A stretch of 64,000 bases of DNA, taken from Eledone cirrhosa. Its lineage: Eukaryota. The stretch is taken from positions 558,001-622,000 of the forward strand of contig CAXHJY010000096.1 of assembly GCA_964016885.1 (NCBI GenBank), given 5' to 3'. The notes beneath the pieces were generated by a model. That model was not told the DNA's origin. It saw only the letters and a list, made by a program, of their open reading frames with translations, and made no database searches. The stretch's first letter is position 1. Every line of letters starts with the position of its first letter. This document shows, piece after piece, positions 1 to 11,160 of the stretch. The position numbers and the translations under genes were made by a program.

Positions 1-3000
1 AAAAAATCACTGGGATATTTGTAAAAAAAATCAGGGGGAGATAATTTGTAAAAAAAATCAAGGGGAGATAATTTCCAGCCGTCCAAAGAGAGATAATTTC
101 TAGCCGTCCAAGGGGAGATAATTTCCAGCCTTCCAAGGGGAGATAATTTTTTAAAAAATCAGGTGGAGATAATTTGTAAAAAAAATCAGTGGAAGATAAT
201 TTGTAAAAACAAAATCAAGGGCAGATAATTTCCAGCCGTCCAAGGGGAGATAATTTCCCGCCAGCCAAGGGAAGATAATATTTAAAAAAATCAGGCGGAG
301 ATAATTTGTAAAAAAAATCAGGGGGAGATAATTTGTAAAAAAATCAGGGGGAGATAATTTGTAAAAGAAAAATCAGGGGGAGATAATTTGTAAAAAAAAT
401 CAGGGGGAGATAATTTGTAAAAAAAATCAGGGGTAGATAATTTGTAAAAAAAAATCAGGGGGAGATAATTTGTAAAAAAAAATCAGGGGGAGATAATTTG
501 TAAAAAAAATCAAGGGGAGATAATTTGCAGCCGTCCAAGGGGAGATAATTTTCAGCCGTCCAAGGAGAGATAATTTCTAGCCGTCCAAGGGGAGATAATT
601 TCCAGCCGTCCAAGGGGAGATAATTTCCAGCCGTCCAAGGGGAGATAATTTTTTTTTAAAAATCAAGCGGAGATAATTTGTAAAAAAAAAATCAGGGGGA
701 GATAATTTGTAAAAAAAAATCAGGGGGAGATAATTTGTAAAAAAAAATCAGGGGGAGATAATTTGTAAAAAAAAATCAAGGGGAGATAATTTCCAGCCGT
801 CCAAGGGAAGATAATTTCCAGCCGTCCAAGGGAAGATAATTTCCAGCCCTTCAAGGGGCTATAATTTCCAGCGTCCAAGGGGAGATAATTTCCAGCCAGC
901 GAAGGGGAGATAATTTTTTTTTTAAAAATCAGGGGGAGATAATTTGTAAAAAAAATCAGGGGGAGATAATTTGTAAAAAAAAATCAGGGGGAGATAATTT
1001 GTAAAAAAAAATCAGGGGGAGATAATTTGTAAAAAAAATCAAGGGGAGATAATTTCAAGCCGTGCAAGGGGAGATAATTTCCAGCCGTCCAAGGGGAGAT
1101 AATTTACATCCTTCCAAGGGGAGATAATTTCCCGCCAGCCAAGGGAAGATAATTTTTAAAAAAATCAGGGGGAGATAATTTGTAAAAAAAAAATCAGGGG
1201 GAGATAATTTGTAAAAAAAAATCAAGGGGAGATAATTTGTAAAAAAAATCAGGGGGAGATAATTTGTAAAAAAAAAATCAGGGGGAGATAATTTGTAAAA
1301 AAAAATCAAGGGGAGATAATTTGTAAAAAAAATCAGGGGGAGATAATTTGTAAAAAAAATCAGGGGGAGATAATTTGTAAAAAAATCAGGGGGAGATAAT
1401 TTGTAAAAAAAAAATCAGGGGGAGATAATTTGTAAAAAAAATCAAGGGGAGATAATTTGTAAAAAAAAATCAGGGGGAGATAATTTGTAAAAAAAAATCA
1501 GGGGGAGATAATTTGTAAAAAAAATCAAGGGGAGATAATTTGCAGCCGTCCAAGGGGAGATAATTTTCAGCCGTCCAAGGAGAGATAATTTCTAGCCGTC
1601 CAAGGGGAGATAATTTCCAGCCGTCCAAGGGGAGATAATTTCCAGCCGTCCAAGGGGAGATAATTTTTTTTAAAAAATCAAGCGGAGATAATTTGTAAAA
1701 AAAAAATCAGGGGGAGATAATTTGTAAAAAAAAATCAGGGGGAGATAATTTGTAAAAAAAAATCAGGGGGAGATAATTTGTAAAAAAAATCAAGGGGAGA
1801 TAATTTCCAGCCGTCCAAGGGAAGATAATTTCCAGCCGTCCAAGGGAAGATAATTTCCAGCCCTCCAAGGGGCTATAATTTCCAGCGTCCAAGGGGAGAT
1901 AATTTCCAGCTAGCGAAGGGGAGATAATTTTTTTTTTTTAAATCAGGGGGAGATAATTTGTAAAAAAAATCAGGGGGAGATAATTTGTAAAAAAAAATCA
2001 GGGGGAGATAATTTGTAAAAAAAAATCAGGGGGAGATAATTTGTAAAAAAAATCAAAGGGAGATAATTTCCAGCCGTGCAAGGGGAGATAATTTCCAGCC
2101 GTCCAAGGGGAGATAATTTACATCCTTCCAAGGGGAGATAATTTCCAGCCGTCCAAGGGGAGATAATTTCCCGCCAGCCAAGGGAAGATAATTTTTAAAA
2201 AAATCAGGGGGAGATAATTTGTAAAAAATAAAAAAATCAAGGGGAGATAATTTGTAAAAAAAATCAGGGGGAGATAATTTGTAAAAAAAATCAGGGGGAG
2301 ATAATTTGTAAAAAAATCAGGGGGAGATAATTTGTAAAAAAAAAATCAGGGGGAGATAATTTGTAAAAAAAAATCAAGGGGAGATAATTTGTAAAAAAAA
2401 ATCAGGGGGAGATAATTTGTAAAAAAAATCAGGGGGAGATAATTTGTAAAAAAATCAGGGGGAGATAATTTGTAAAAAAAAATCAGGGGGAGATAATTTG
2501 TAAAAAAAAATCAGGGGGAGATAATTTGTAAAAAAAATCAGGGGGAGATAATTTGTAAAAAAAATCAGGGGGAGATAATTTGTAAAAAAAATCAAGGGGA
2601 GATAATTTGCAGCCGTCCAAGGGGAGATAATTTTCAGCCGTCCAAGGAGAGGTAATTTCTAGCCGTCCAAGGGGAGATAATTTCCAGCCGTCCAAGGGGA
2701 GATAATTTCCAGCCGTCCAAGGGGAGATAATTTTTTTTTAAAAATCAGGCGGAGATAATTTGTAAAAAAAAAAATCAGGGGGAGATAATTTGTAAAAAAA
2801 AATCAGGGGGAGATAATTTGTAAAAAAAAATCAGGGGGAGATAATTTGTAAAAAAAATCAAGGGGAGATAATTTCCAGCCGTCCAAGGGAAGATAATTTC
2901 CAGCCCTCCAAGGGGCTATAATTTCCAGCGTCCAAGGGGAGATAATTTCCAGCCAGCGAAGGGGAGATAATTTTTTTTTTAAAAATCATGCGGGGATAAT

Positions 3001-6000
3001 TTGTAAAAAAAATCAGGGGGAGATAATTTGTAAAAAAAATCAAGGGGAGATAATTTCCAGCCGTCCAAAGAGAGATAATTTCTAGCCGTCCAAGGGGAGA
3101 TAATTTCCAGCCGTCCAAGGGGAGATAATTTCCCGCCAGCCAAGGGAAGATAATTTTTTAAAAAATCAGGCGGAGATTGTAAAAAAAATCAGGGGGAGAT
3201 AATTTGTAAAAAAATCAGGGGGAGATAATTTGTAAAAAAAAAATCAGGGGGAGATAATTTGTAAAAAAAAATCAGAGGGAGGTAATTTGTAAAAAAAAAT
3301 CAGGGGGAGATAATTTGTAAAAAAAATCAGGGGTAGATAATTTGTAAAAAAAATCAGGGGGAGATAATTTGTAAAAAAAAATCAGGGGGAGATAATTTGT
3401 AAAAAAAATCAAGGGGAGATAATTTCCAGCCGTCCAAGGGAAGATAATTTCCAGCCGTCCAAGGGAAGATAATTTCCAGCCCTCCAAGGGGCTATAATTT
3501 CCAGCGTCCAAGGGGAGATAATTTCCAGCCAGCGAAGGGGAGATAATTTTTTTTTTAAAAATCAGGGGTAGATAATTTGTAAAAAAAATCAGGGGGAGAT
3601 AATTTGTAAAAAAAAATCAGGGGGAGATAATTTGTAAAAAAAATCAAGGGGAGATAATTTCCAGCCGTGCAAGGGGAGATAATTTCCAGCCGTCCAAGGG
3701 GAGATAATTTACATCCTTCCAAGGGGAGATAATTTCCAGCCGTCCAAGGGGAGATAATTTCCCGCCAGCCAAGGGAAGATAATTTTTAAAAAAATCAGGG
3801 GGAGATAATTTGTAAAAAAAATCAGGGGGAGATAATTTGTAAAAAAAATCAGGGGGAGATAATTTGTAAAAAAAATCAGGGGGAGATAATTTGTAAAAAA
3901 AAATCAGGGGGAGATAATTTGTAAAAAAAATCAGGGGGAGATAATTTGTAAAAAAAATCAGGGGGAGATAATTTGTAAAAAAAATCAAGGGGAGATAATT
4001 TGCAGCCGTCCAAGGGGAGATAATTTTCAGCCGTCCAAGGAGAGGTAATTTCTAGCCGTCCAAGGCGAGATAATTTCCAGCCGTCCAAGGGGAGATAATT
4101 TCCAGCCGTCCAAGGGGAGATAATTTTTTTAAAAAAATCAGGCGGAGATAATTTGTAAAAAAAAAATCAGGGGGAGATAATTTGTAAAAAAAAATCAGTG
4201 GGAGATAATTTGTAAAAAAAAATCAGGGGGAGATAATTTGTAAAAAAAATCAAGGGGAGATAATTTCCAGCCGTCCAAGGGAAGATAATTTCCAGCCCTC
4301 CAAGGGGCTATAATTTCCAGCGTCCAAGGGGAGATAATTTCCAGCCAGCGAAGGGGAGATAATTTTTTTTAAAAAAATCATGGGGGGATAATTTGTAAAA
4401 AAAAATCAGGGGGAGATAATTTGTAAAAAAAAATCAGGGGAGATAATTTGTAAAAAAAATCAGGGGGAGATAATTTGTAAAAAAAAATCAGGGGAAGATA
4501 ATTTGTAAAAAAAATCAAGCGGAGATAATTTGCAGCCGTCCAAGGGGAGATAATTTCCCGCCAGCCAAGGAGAGATAATATTTAAAAAAATCAGGCGGAG
4601 ATAATTTGTAAAAAAAATCAGGGGGAGATAATTTGTAAAAAAAATCAGGGGGAGATAATTTCCAGCCGTCCAAGGGGAGATAATTTTCAGCCGTCCAAGG
4701 AGAGGTAATTTCTAGCCGTCCAAGGGGAGATAATTTCCAGCCGTCCAAGGGAAGATAATTTCCAGCCCTCCAAGGGGCTATAATTTCCAGCGTCCAAGGG
4801 GAGATAATTTCCAGCCAGCGAAGGGGAGATAATTTTTTTTTTAAAAATCAGGGGGAGATAATTTGTAAAAAAAATCAGGGGGAGATAATTTGTAAAAAAA
4901 AATCAGGGGGAGATAATTTGTAAAAAAAAATCAGGGGGAGATAATTTGTAAAAAAAATCAAGGGGAGATAATTTCCAGCCGTGCAAGGGGAGATAATTTC
5001 CAGCCGTCCAAGGGGAGATAATTTACATCCTTCCAAGGGGAGATAATTTCCAGCCGTCCAAGGGGAGATAATTTCCCGCCAGCCAAGGGAAGATAATTTT
5101 TAAAAAAATCAGGGGGAGTTAATTTGTAAAAAAAAAATCAGGGGGAGATAATTTGTAAAAAAAAATCAAGGGGAGATAATTTGTAAAAAAAATCAGGGGG
5201 AGATAATTTGTAAAAAAAATCAGGGGGAGATAATTTGTAAAAAAATCAGGGGGAGATAATTTGTAAAAAAAAATCAGGGGGAGATAATTTGTAAAAAAAA
5301 ATCAAGGGGAGATAATTTGTAAAAAAAAATCAGGGGGAGATAATTTGTAAAAAAAAATCAGGGGGAGATAATTTGTAAAAAAAATCAAGGGGAGATAATT
5401 TGCAGCCGTCGAAGGGGAGATAATTTTCAGCCGTCCAAGGAGAGATAATTTCTAGCCGTCCAAGGGGAGATAATTTCCAGCCGTCCAAGGGGAGATAATT
5501 TCCAGCCGTCCAAGGGGAGATAATTTTTTTTAAAAAATCAAGCGGAGATAATTTGTAAAAAAAAAATCAGGGGGAGATAATTTGTAAAAAAAAATCAGGG
5601 GGAGATAATTTGTAAAAAAAAATCAGGGGGAGATAATTTGTAAAAAAAATCAAGGGGAGATAATTTCCAGCCGTCCAAGGGAAGATAATTTCCAGCCGTC
5701 CAAGGGAAGATAATTTCCAGCCCTCCAAGGGGCTATAATTTCCAGCGTCCAAGGGGAGATAATTTCCAGCCAGCGAAGGGGAGATAATTTTTTTTTATAA
5801 AATCAGGGGGAGATAATTTGTAAAAAAAATCAGGGGGAGATAATTTGTAAAAAAAAATCAGGGGGAGATAATTTGTAAAAAAAAATCAGGGGGAGATAAT
5901 TTGTAAAAAAAATCAAGGGGAGATTATTTCCAGCCGTGCAAGGGGAGATAATTTCCAGCCGTCCAAGGGGAGATAATTTACATCCTTCCAAGGGGAGATA

Positions 6001-7789
6001 ATTTCCAGCCGTCCAAGGGGAGATAATTTCCCGCCAGCCAAGGGAAGATAATTTTTAAAAAAATCAGGGGGAGATAATTTGTAAAAAAAAAATCAGGGGG
6101 AGATAATTTGTAAAAAAAAATCAAGGGGAGATAATTTGTAAAAAAAATCAGGGGGAGATAATTTGTAAAAAAAATCAGGGGGAGATAATTTGTAAAAAAA
6201 TCAGGGGGAGATAATTTGTAAAAAAAAAATCAGGGGGAGATAATTTGTAAAAAAAAATCAAGGGGAGATAATTTGTAAAAAAAAATCAGGGGGAGATAAT
6301 TTGTAAAAAAAATCAGGGGGAGATAATTTGTAAAAAAAATCAGGGGGAGATAATTTGTAAAAAAAAAATCAGGGGGAGATAATTTGTAAAAAAAAATCAG
6401 GGGGAGATAATTTGTAAAAAAAATCAGGGGGAGATAATTTGTAAAAAAAATCAGGGGGAGATAATTTGTAAAAAAAAATCAGGGGGAGATAATTTGTAAA
6501 AAAAATCAAGGGGAGATAATTTGCAGCCGTCCAAGGGGAGATAATTTTCAGCCGTCCAAGGAGAGATAATTTCTAGCCGTCCAAGGGGAGATAATTTCCA
6601 GCCGTCCAAGGGGAGATAATTTCCAGCCGTCCAAGGGGAGATAATTTTTTTTAAAAAATCAAGCGGAGATAATTTGTAAAAAAAAAATCAGGGGGAGATA
6701 ATTTGTAAAAAAAATCAAGGGGAGATAATTTCCAGCCGTCCAAGGGAAGATAATTTCCAGCCGTCCAAGGGAAGATAATTTCCAGCCCTCCAAGGGGCTA
6801 TAATTTCCAGCGTCCAAGGGGAGATAATTTCCAGCCAGCGAAGGGGAGATAATTTTTTTTTTTTAAATCAGGGGGAGATAATTTGTAAAAAAAATCAGGG
6901 GGAGATAATTTGTAAAAAAAATCAGGGGGAGATAATTTGTAAAAAAAATCAGGGGTAGATAATTTGTAAAAAAAATCAAGGGGAGATAATTTCCAGCCGT
7001 GCAAGGGGAGATAATTTCCAGCCGTCCAAGGGGAGATAATTTACATCCTTCCAAGGGGAGATAATTTCCAGCCGTCCAAGGGGAGATAATTTCCCGCCAG
7101 CCAAGGGAAGAAAATTTTTAAAAAAATCAGGGGGAGATAATTTGTAAAAAAAAAATCAGGGGGAGATAATTTGTAAAAAAAAATCAAGGGGAGATAATTT
7201 GTAAAAAAAATCAGGGGGAGATAATTTGTAAAAAAAATCAGGGGGAGATAATTTGTAAAAAAATCAGGGGGAGATAATTTGTAAAAAAAAAATCAGGGGG
7301 AGATAATTTGTAAAAAAAATCAAGGGGAGATAATTTGTAAAAAAAAATCAGGGGGAGATAATTTGTAAAAAAAATCAGGGGGAGATAATTTGTAAAAAAA
7401 TCAGGGGGAGATAATTTGTAAAAAAAAATCAGGGGGAGATAATTTGTAAAAAAAAATCAGGGGGAGATAATTTGTAAAAAAAATCAGGGGGAGATAATTT
7501 GTAAAAAAAATCAGGGGGAGATAATTTGTAAAAAAAATCAAGGGGAGATAATTTGCAGCCGTCCAAGGGGAGATAATTTTCAGCCGTCCAAGGAGAGGTA
7601 ATTTCTAGCCGTCCAAGGGGAGATAATTTCCAGCCGTCCAAGGGGAGATAATTTCCAGCCGTCCAAGGGGAGATAATTTTTTTTTAAAAATCAGGCGGAG
7701 ATAATTTGTAAAAAAAAAAATCAGGGGGAGATAATTTGTAAAAAAAAATCAGGGGGAGATAATTTGTAAAAAAAATCAAGGGGAGATAA

Positions 7790-9480
7790 TTTCCAGCCGT
7801 CCAAGGGAAGATAATTTCCAGCCCTCCAAGGGGCTATAATTTCCAGCGTCCAAGGGGAGATAATTTCCAGCCAGCGAAGGGGAGATAATTTTTTTTTAAA
7901 AAATCATGCGGGGATAATTTGTAAAAAAAATCAGGGGGAGATAATTTGTAAAAAAAATCAAGGGGAGATAATTTCCAGCCGTCCAAAGAGAGATAATTTC
8001 TAGCCGTCCAAGGGGAGATAATTTCCAGCCGTCCAAGGGGAGATAATTTCCCGCCAGCCAAGGGAAGATAATTTTTTAAAAAATCAGGCGGAGATTGTAA
8101 AAAAAATCAGGGGGAGATAATTTGTAAAAAAATCAGGGGGAGATAATTTGTAAAAAAAAAATCAGGGGGAGATAATTTGTAAAAAAAAATCAGAGGGAGA
8201 TAATTTGTAAAAAAAAATCAGGGGGAGATAATTTGTAAAAAAAATCAGGGGTAGATAATTTGTAAAAAAAATCAGGGGGAGATAATTTGTAAAAAAAAAT
8301 CAGGGGGAGATAATTTGTAAAAAAAATCAAGGGGAGATAATTTCCAGCCGTCCAAGGGAAGATAATTTCCAGCCGTCCAAGGGAAGATAATTTCCAGCCC
8401 TCCAAGGGGCTATAATTTCCAGCGTCCAAGGGGAGATAATTTCCAGCCAGCGAAGGGGAGATAATTTTTTTTTTAAAAATCAGGGGGAGATAATTTGTAA
8501 AAAAAATCAGGGGGAGATAATTTGTAAAAAAAAATCAGGGGGAGATAATTTGTAAAAAAAAATCAGGGGGAGATAATTTGTAAAAAAAATTAAGGGGAGA
8601 TAATTTTCAGCCGTCCAAGGGAAGATAATTTCCAGCCCTCCAAGGGGCTATAATTTCCAGCGTCCAAGGGGAGATAATTTCCAGCCAGCGAAGGGGAGAT
8701 AATTTTTTTTTTTTAAATCATGCGGGGATAATTTGTAAAAAAAATCAGGGGGAGATAATTTGTAAAAAAAATCAAGGGGAGATAATTTCCAGCCGTCCAA
8801 AGAGAGATAATTTCTAGCCGTCCAAGGGGAGATAATTTCCAGCCGTCCAAGGGGAGATAATTTCCCGCCAGCCAAAGGAAGATAATTTTTTAAAAAATCA
8901 GGCGGAGATTGTAAAAAAAATCAGGGGGAGATAATTTGTAAAAAAATCAGGGGGAGATAATTTGTAAAAAAAAAATCAGGGGGAGATAATTTGTAAAAAA
9001 AAATCAGAGGGAGATAATTTGTAAAAAAAAATCAGGGGGAGATAATTTGTAAAAAAAATCAGGGGTAGATAATTTGTAAAAAAAATCAGGGGGAGATAAT
9101 TTGTAAAAAAAAATCAGGGGGAGATAATTTGTAAAAAAAATCAAGGGGAGATAATTTCCAGCCGTCCAAGGGAAGATAATTTCCAGCCGTCCAAGGGAAG
9201 ATAATTTCCAGCCCTCCAAGGGGCTATAATTTCCAGCGTCCAAGGGGAGATAATTTCCAGCCAGCGAAGGGGAGATAATTTTTTTTTTAAAAATCATGCG
9301 GGGATAATTTGTAAAAAAAATCAGGGGGAGATAATTTGTAAAAAAAATCAAGGGGAGATAATTTCCAGCCGTCCAAAGAGAGATAATTTCTAGCCGTCCA
9401 AGGGGAGATAATTTCCAGCCGTCCAAGGGGAGATAATTTCCCGCCAGCCAAAGGAAGATAATTTTTTAAAAAATCAGGCG
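7790..9480 (+). repeat. Local ~814 bp sub-repeat built from W2 and W4 words
   Basis: ORF ends 7834/8648 and 8190/9004 are both offset by 814. Marker TCAGAGGGAGA occurs at ~8,190 and ~9,004. Confidence 0.75.
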
Positions 9481-9979
9481 GAGATTGTAAAAAAAATCAG
9501 GGGGAGATAATTTGTAAAAAAAATCAGGGGGAGATAATTTGTAAAAAAAATCAGGGGGAGATAATTTGTAAAAAAAATCAGGGGGAGATAATTTGTAAAA
9601 AAAAATCAGGGGGAGATAATTTGTAAAAAAAATCAGGGGGAGATAATTTGTAAAAAAAATCAGGGGGAGATAATTTGTAAAAAAAATCAAGGGGAGATAA
9701 TTTGCAGCCGTCCAAGGGGAGATAATTTTCAGCCGTCCAAGGAGAGGTAATTTCTAGCCGTCCAAGGGGAGATAATTTCCAGCCGTCCAAGGGGAGATAA
9801 TTTCCAGCCGTTCAAGGGGAGATAATTTTTTTAAAAAAATCAGGCGGAGATAATTTGTAAAAAAAAAATCAGGGGGAGATAATTTGTAAAAAAAAATCAG
9901 TGGGAGATAATTTGTAAAAAAAAATCAGGGGGAGATAATTTGTAAAAAAAAATCAGGGGGAGATAATTTGTAAAAAAAT

Positions 9980-11160
9980 CAAGGGGAGATAATTTCCAGC
10001 CGGCCAAGGGGAGATAATTTTCAGCCGTCCAAGGAGAGGTAATTTCTAGCCGTCCAAGGGGAGATAATTTCCAGCCGTCCAAGGGGAGATAATTTCCAGC
10101 CGTCCAAGGGGAGATAATTTCCAGCCGTCCAAGGAGACATATTTTCCAGCCGTCCAAGGAGAGGTAATTTCTAGCCGTCCTAGGGGAGATAAATTCCTGC
10201 CTCCAAGGGGAGATAATTTCCAGCCAGCCAAGGGGAGATAATTTGTAAAAAAATCAGGGGGAGATAATTTGTAAAAAAAATCAGGGGGAGATAATTTGTA
10301 AAAAAAAATCAGGGGGAGATAATTTGTAAAAAAAAATCAGGGGAGATAATTTGTAAAAAAAATCAGGGGAAGATAATTTGTAAAAAAAATCAAGGGGAGA
10401 TAATTTCCAGCCGTCCAAGGGGAGATAATTTTCAGCCGTCCAAGGAGAGGTAATTTCTAGCCGTCCAAGGAGAGATAATTTCCAGCCGTCCAAGGGGAGA
10501 TAATTTCCAGCCGTCCAAGGGGAGATGATTTTTTAAAAAAAATCAGGCGGAGATAAGTTGTTAAAAAAAATCAGGGGGAGATAATTTGTAAAAAAAAATC
10601 AGGGGGAGATAATTTGTAAAAAAAAATCAGGGGGAGATAATTTGTAAAAAAAATCAAGGGGAGATAATTTCCAGCCGTCCAAGGGAAGATAATTTCCAGC
10701 CCTCCAAGGGGCTATAATTTCCAGCGTCCAAGGGGAGATAATTTCCAGCCAGCGAAGGGGAGATAATTTTAAAAAAAAAATCACTGGGATATTTGTAAAA
10801 AAAATCAGGGGGAGATAATTTGTAAAAAAAATCAAGGGGAGATAATTTCCAGCCGTCCAAAGAGAGATAATTTCTAGCCGTCCAAGGGGAGATAATTTCC
10901 AGCCTTCCAAGGGGAGATAATTTTTTAAAAAATCAGGTGGAGATAATTTGTAAAAAAAATCAGTGGAAGATAATTTGTAAAAACAAAATCAAGGGCAGAT
11001 AATTTCCAGCCGTCCAAGGGGAGATAATTTCCCGCCAGCCAAGGGAAGATAATATTTAAAAAAATCAGGCGGAGATAATTTGTAAAAAAAATCAGGGGGA
11101 GATAATTTGTAAAAAAATCAGGGGGAGATAATTTGTAAAAGAAAAATCAGGGGGAGATAA
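9980..11160 (+). repeat. Divergent monomer island, copy 1 (includes a 10-monomer B block)
   Basis: Rare variants AAGGAGACATATTTTCC, AAATTCCTGCCTCC, GAGATGATT, GATAAGTTG, TCACTGGGATATTTG, TCAGTGGAAG and AAGGGCAGAT. Matches 42.25-43.4 kb at offset 32,263 (ORFs 10046/42309, 10281/42544, 10599/42862). Confidence 0.88.

Noticed and set aside
30-50. Shine-Dalgarno-like GGAG and -10-like GATAAT/TATAAT motifs
   Set aside because: They are present as part of the repeat with no downstream start codon or plus-strand ORF, and nothing indicates a prokaryotic expression context.
900-935. Intrinsic terminators or poly(A) retroelement tails at the T and A runs
   Set aside because: There is no strong GC hairpin before the T-runs, and no target-site duplications or element bodies. 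The runs are integral parts of monomers.
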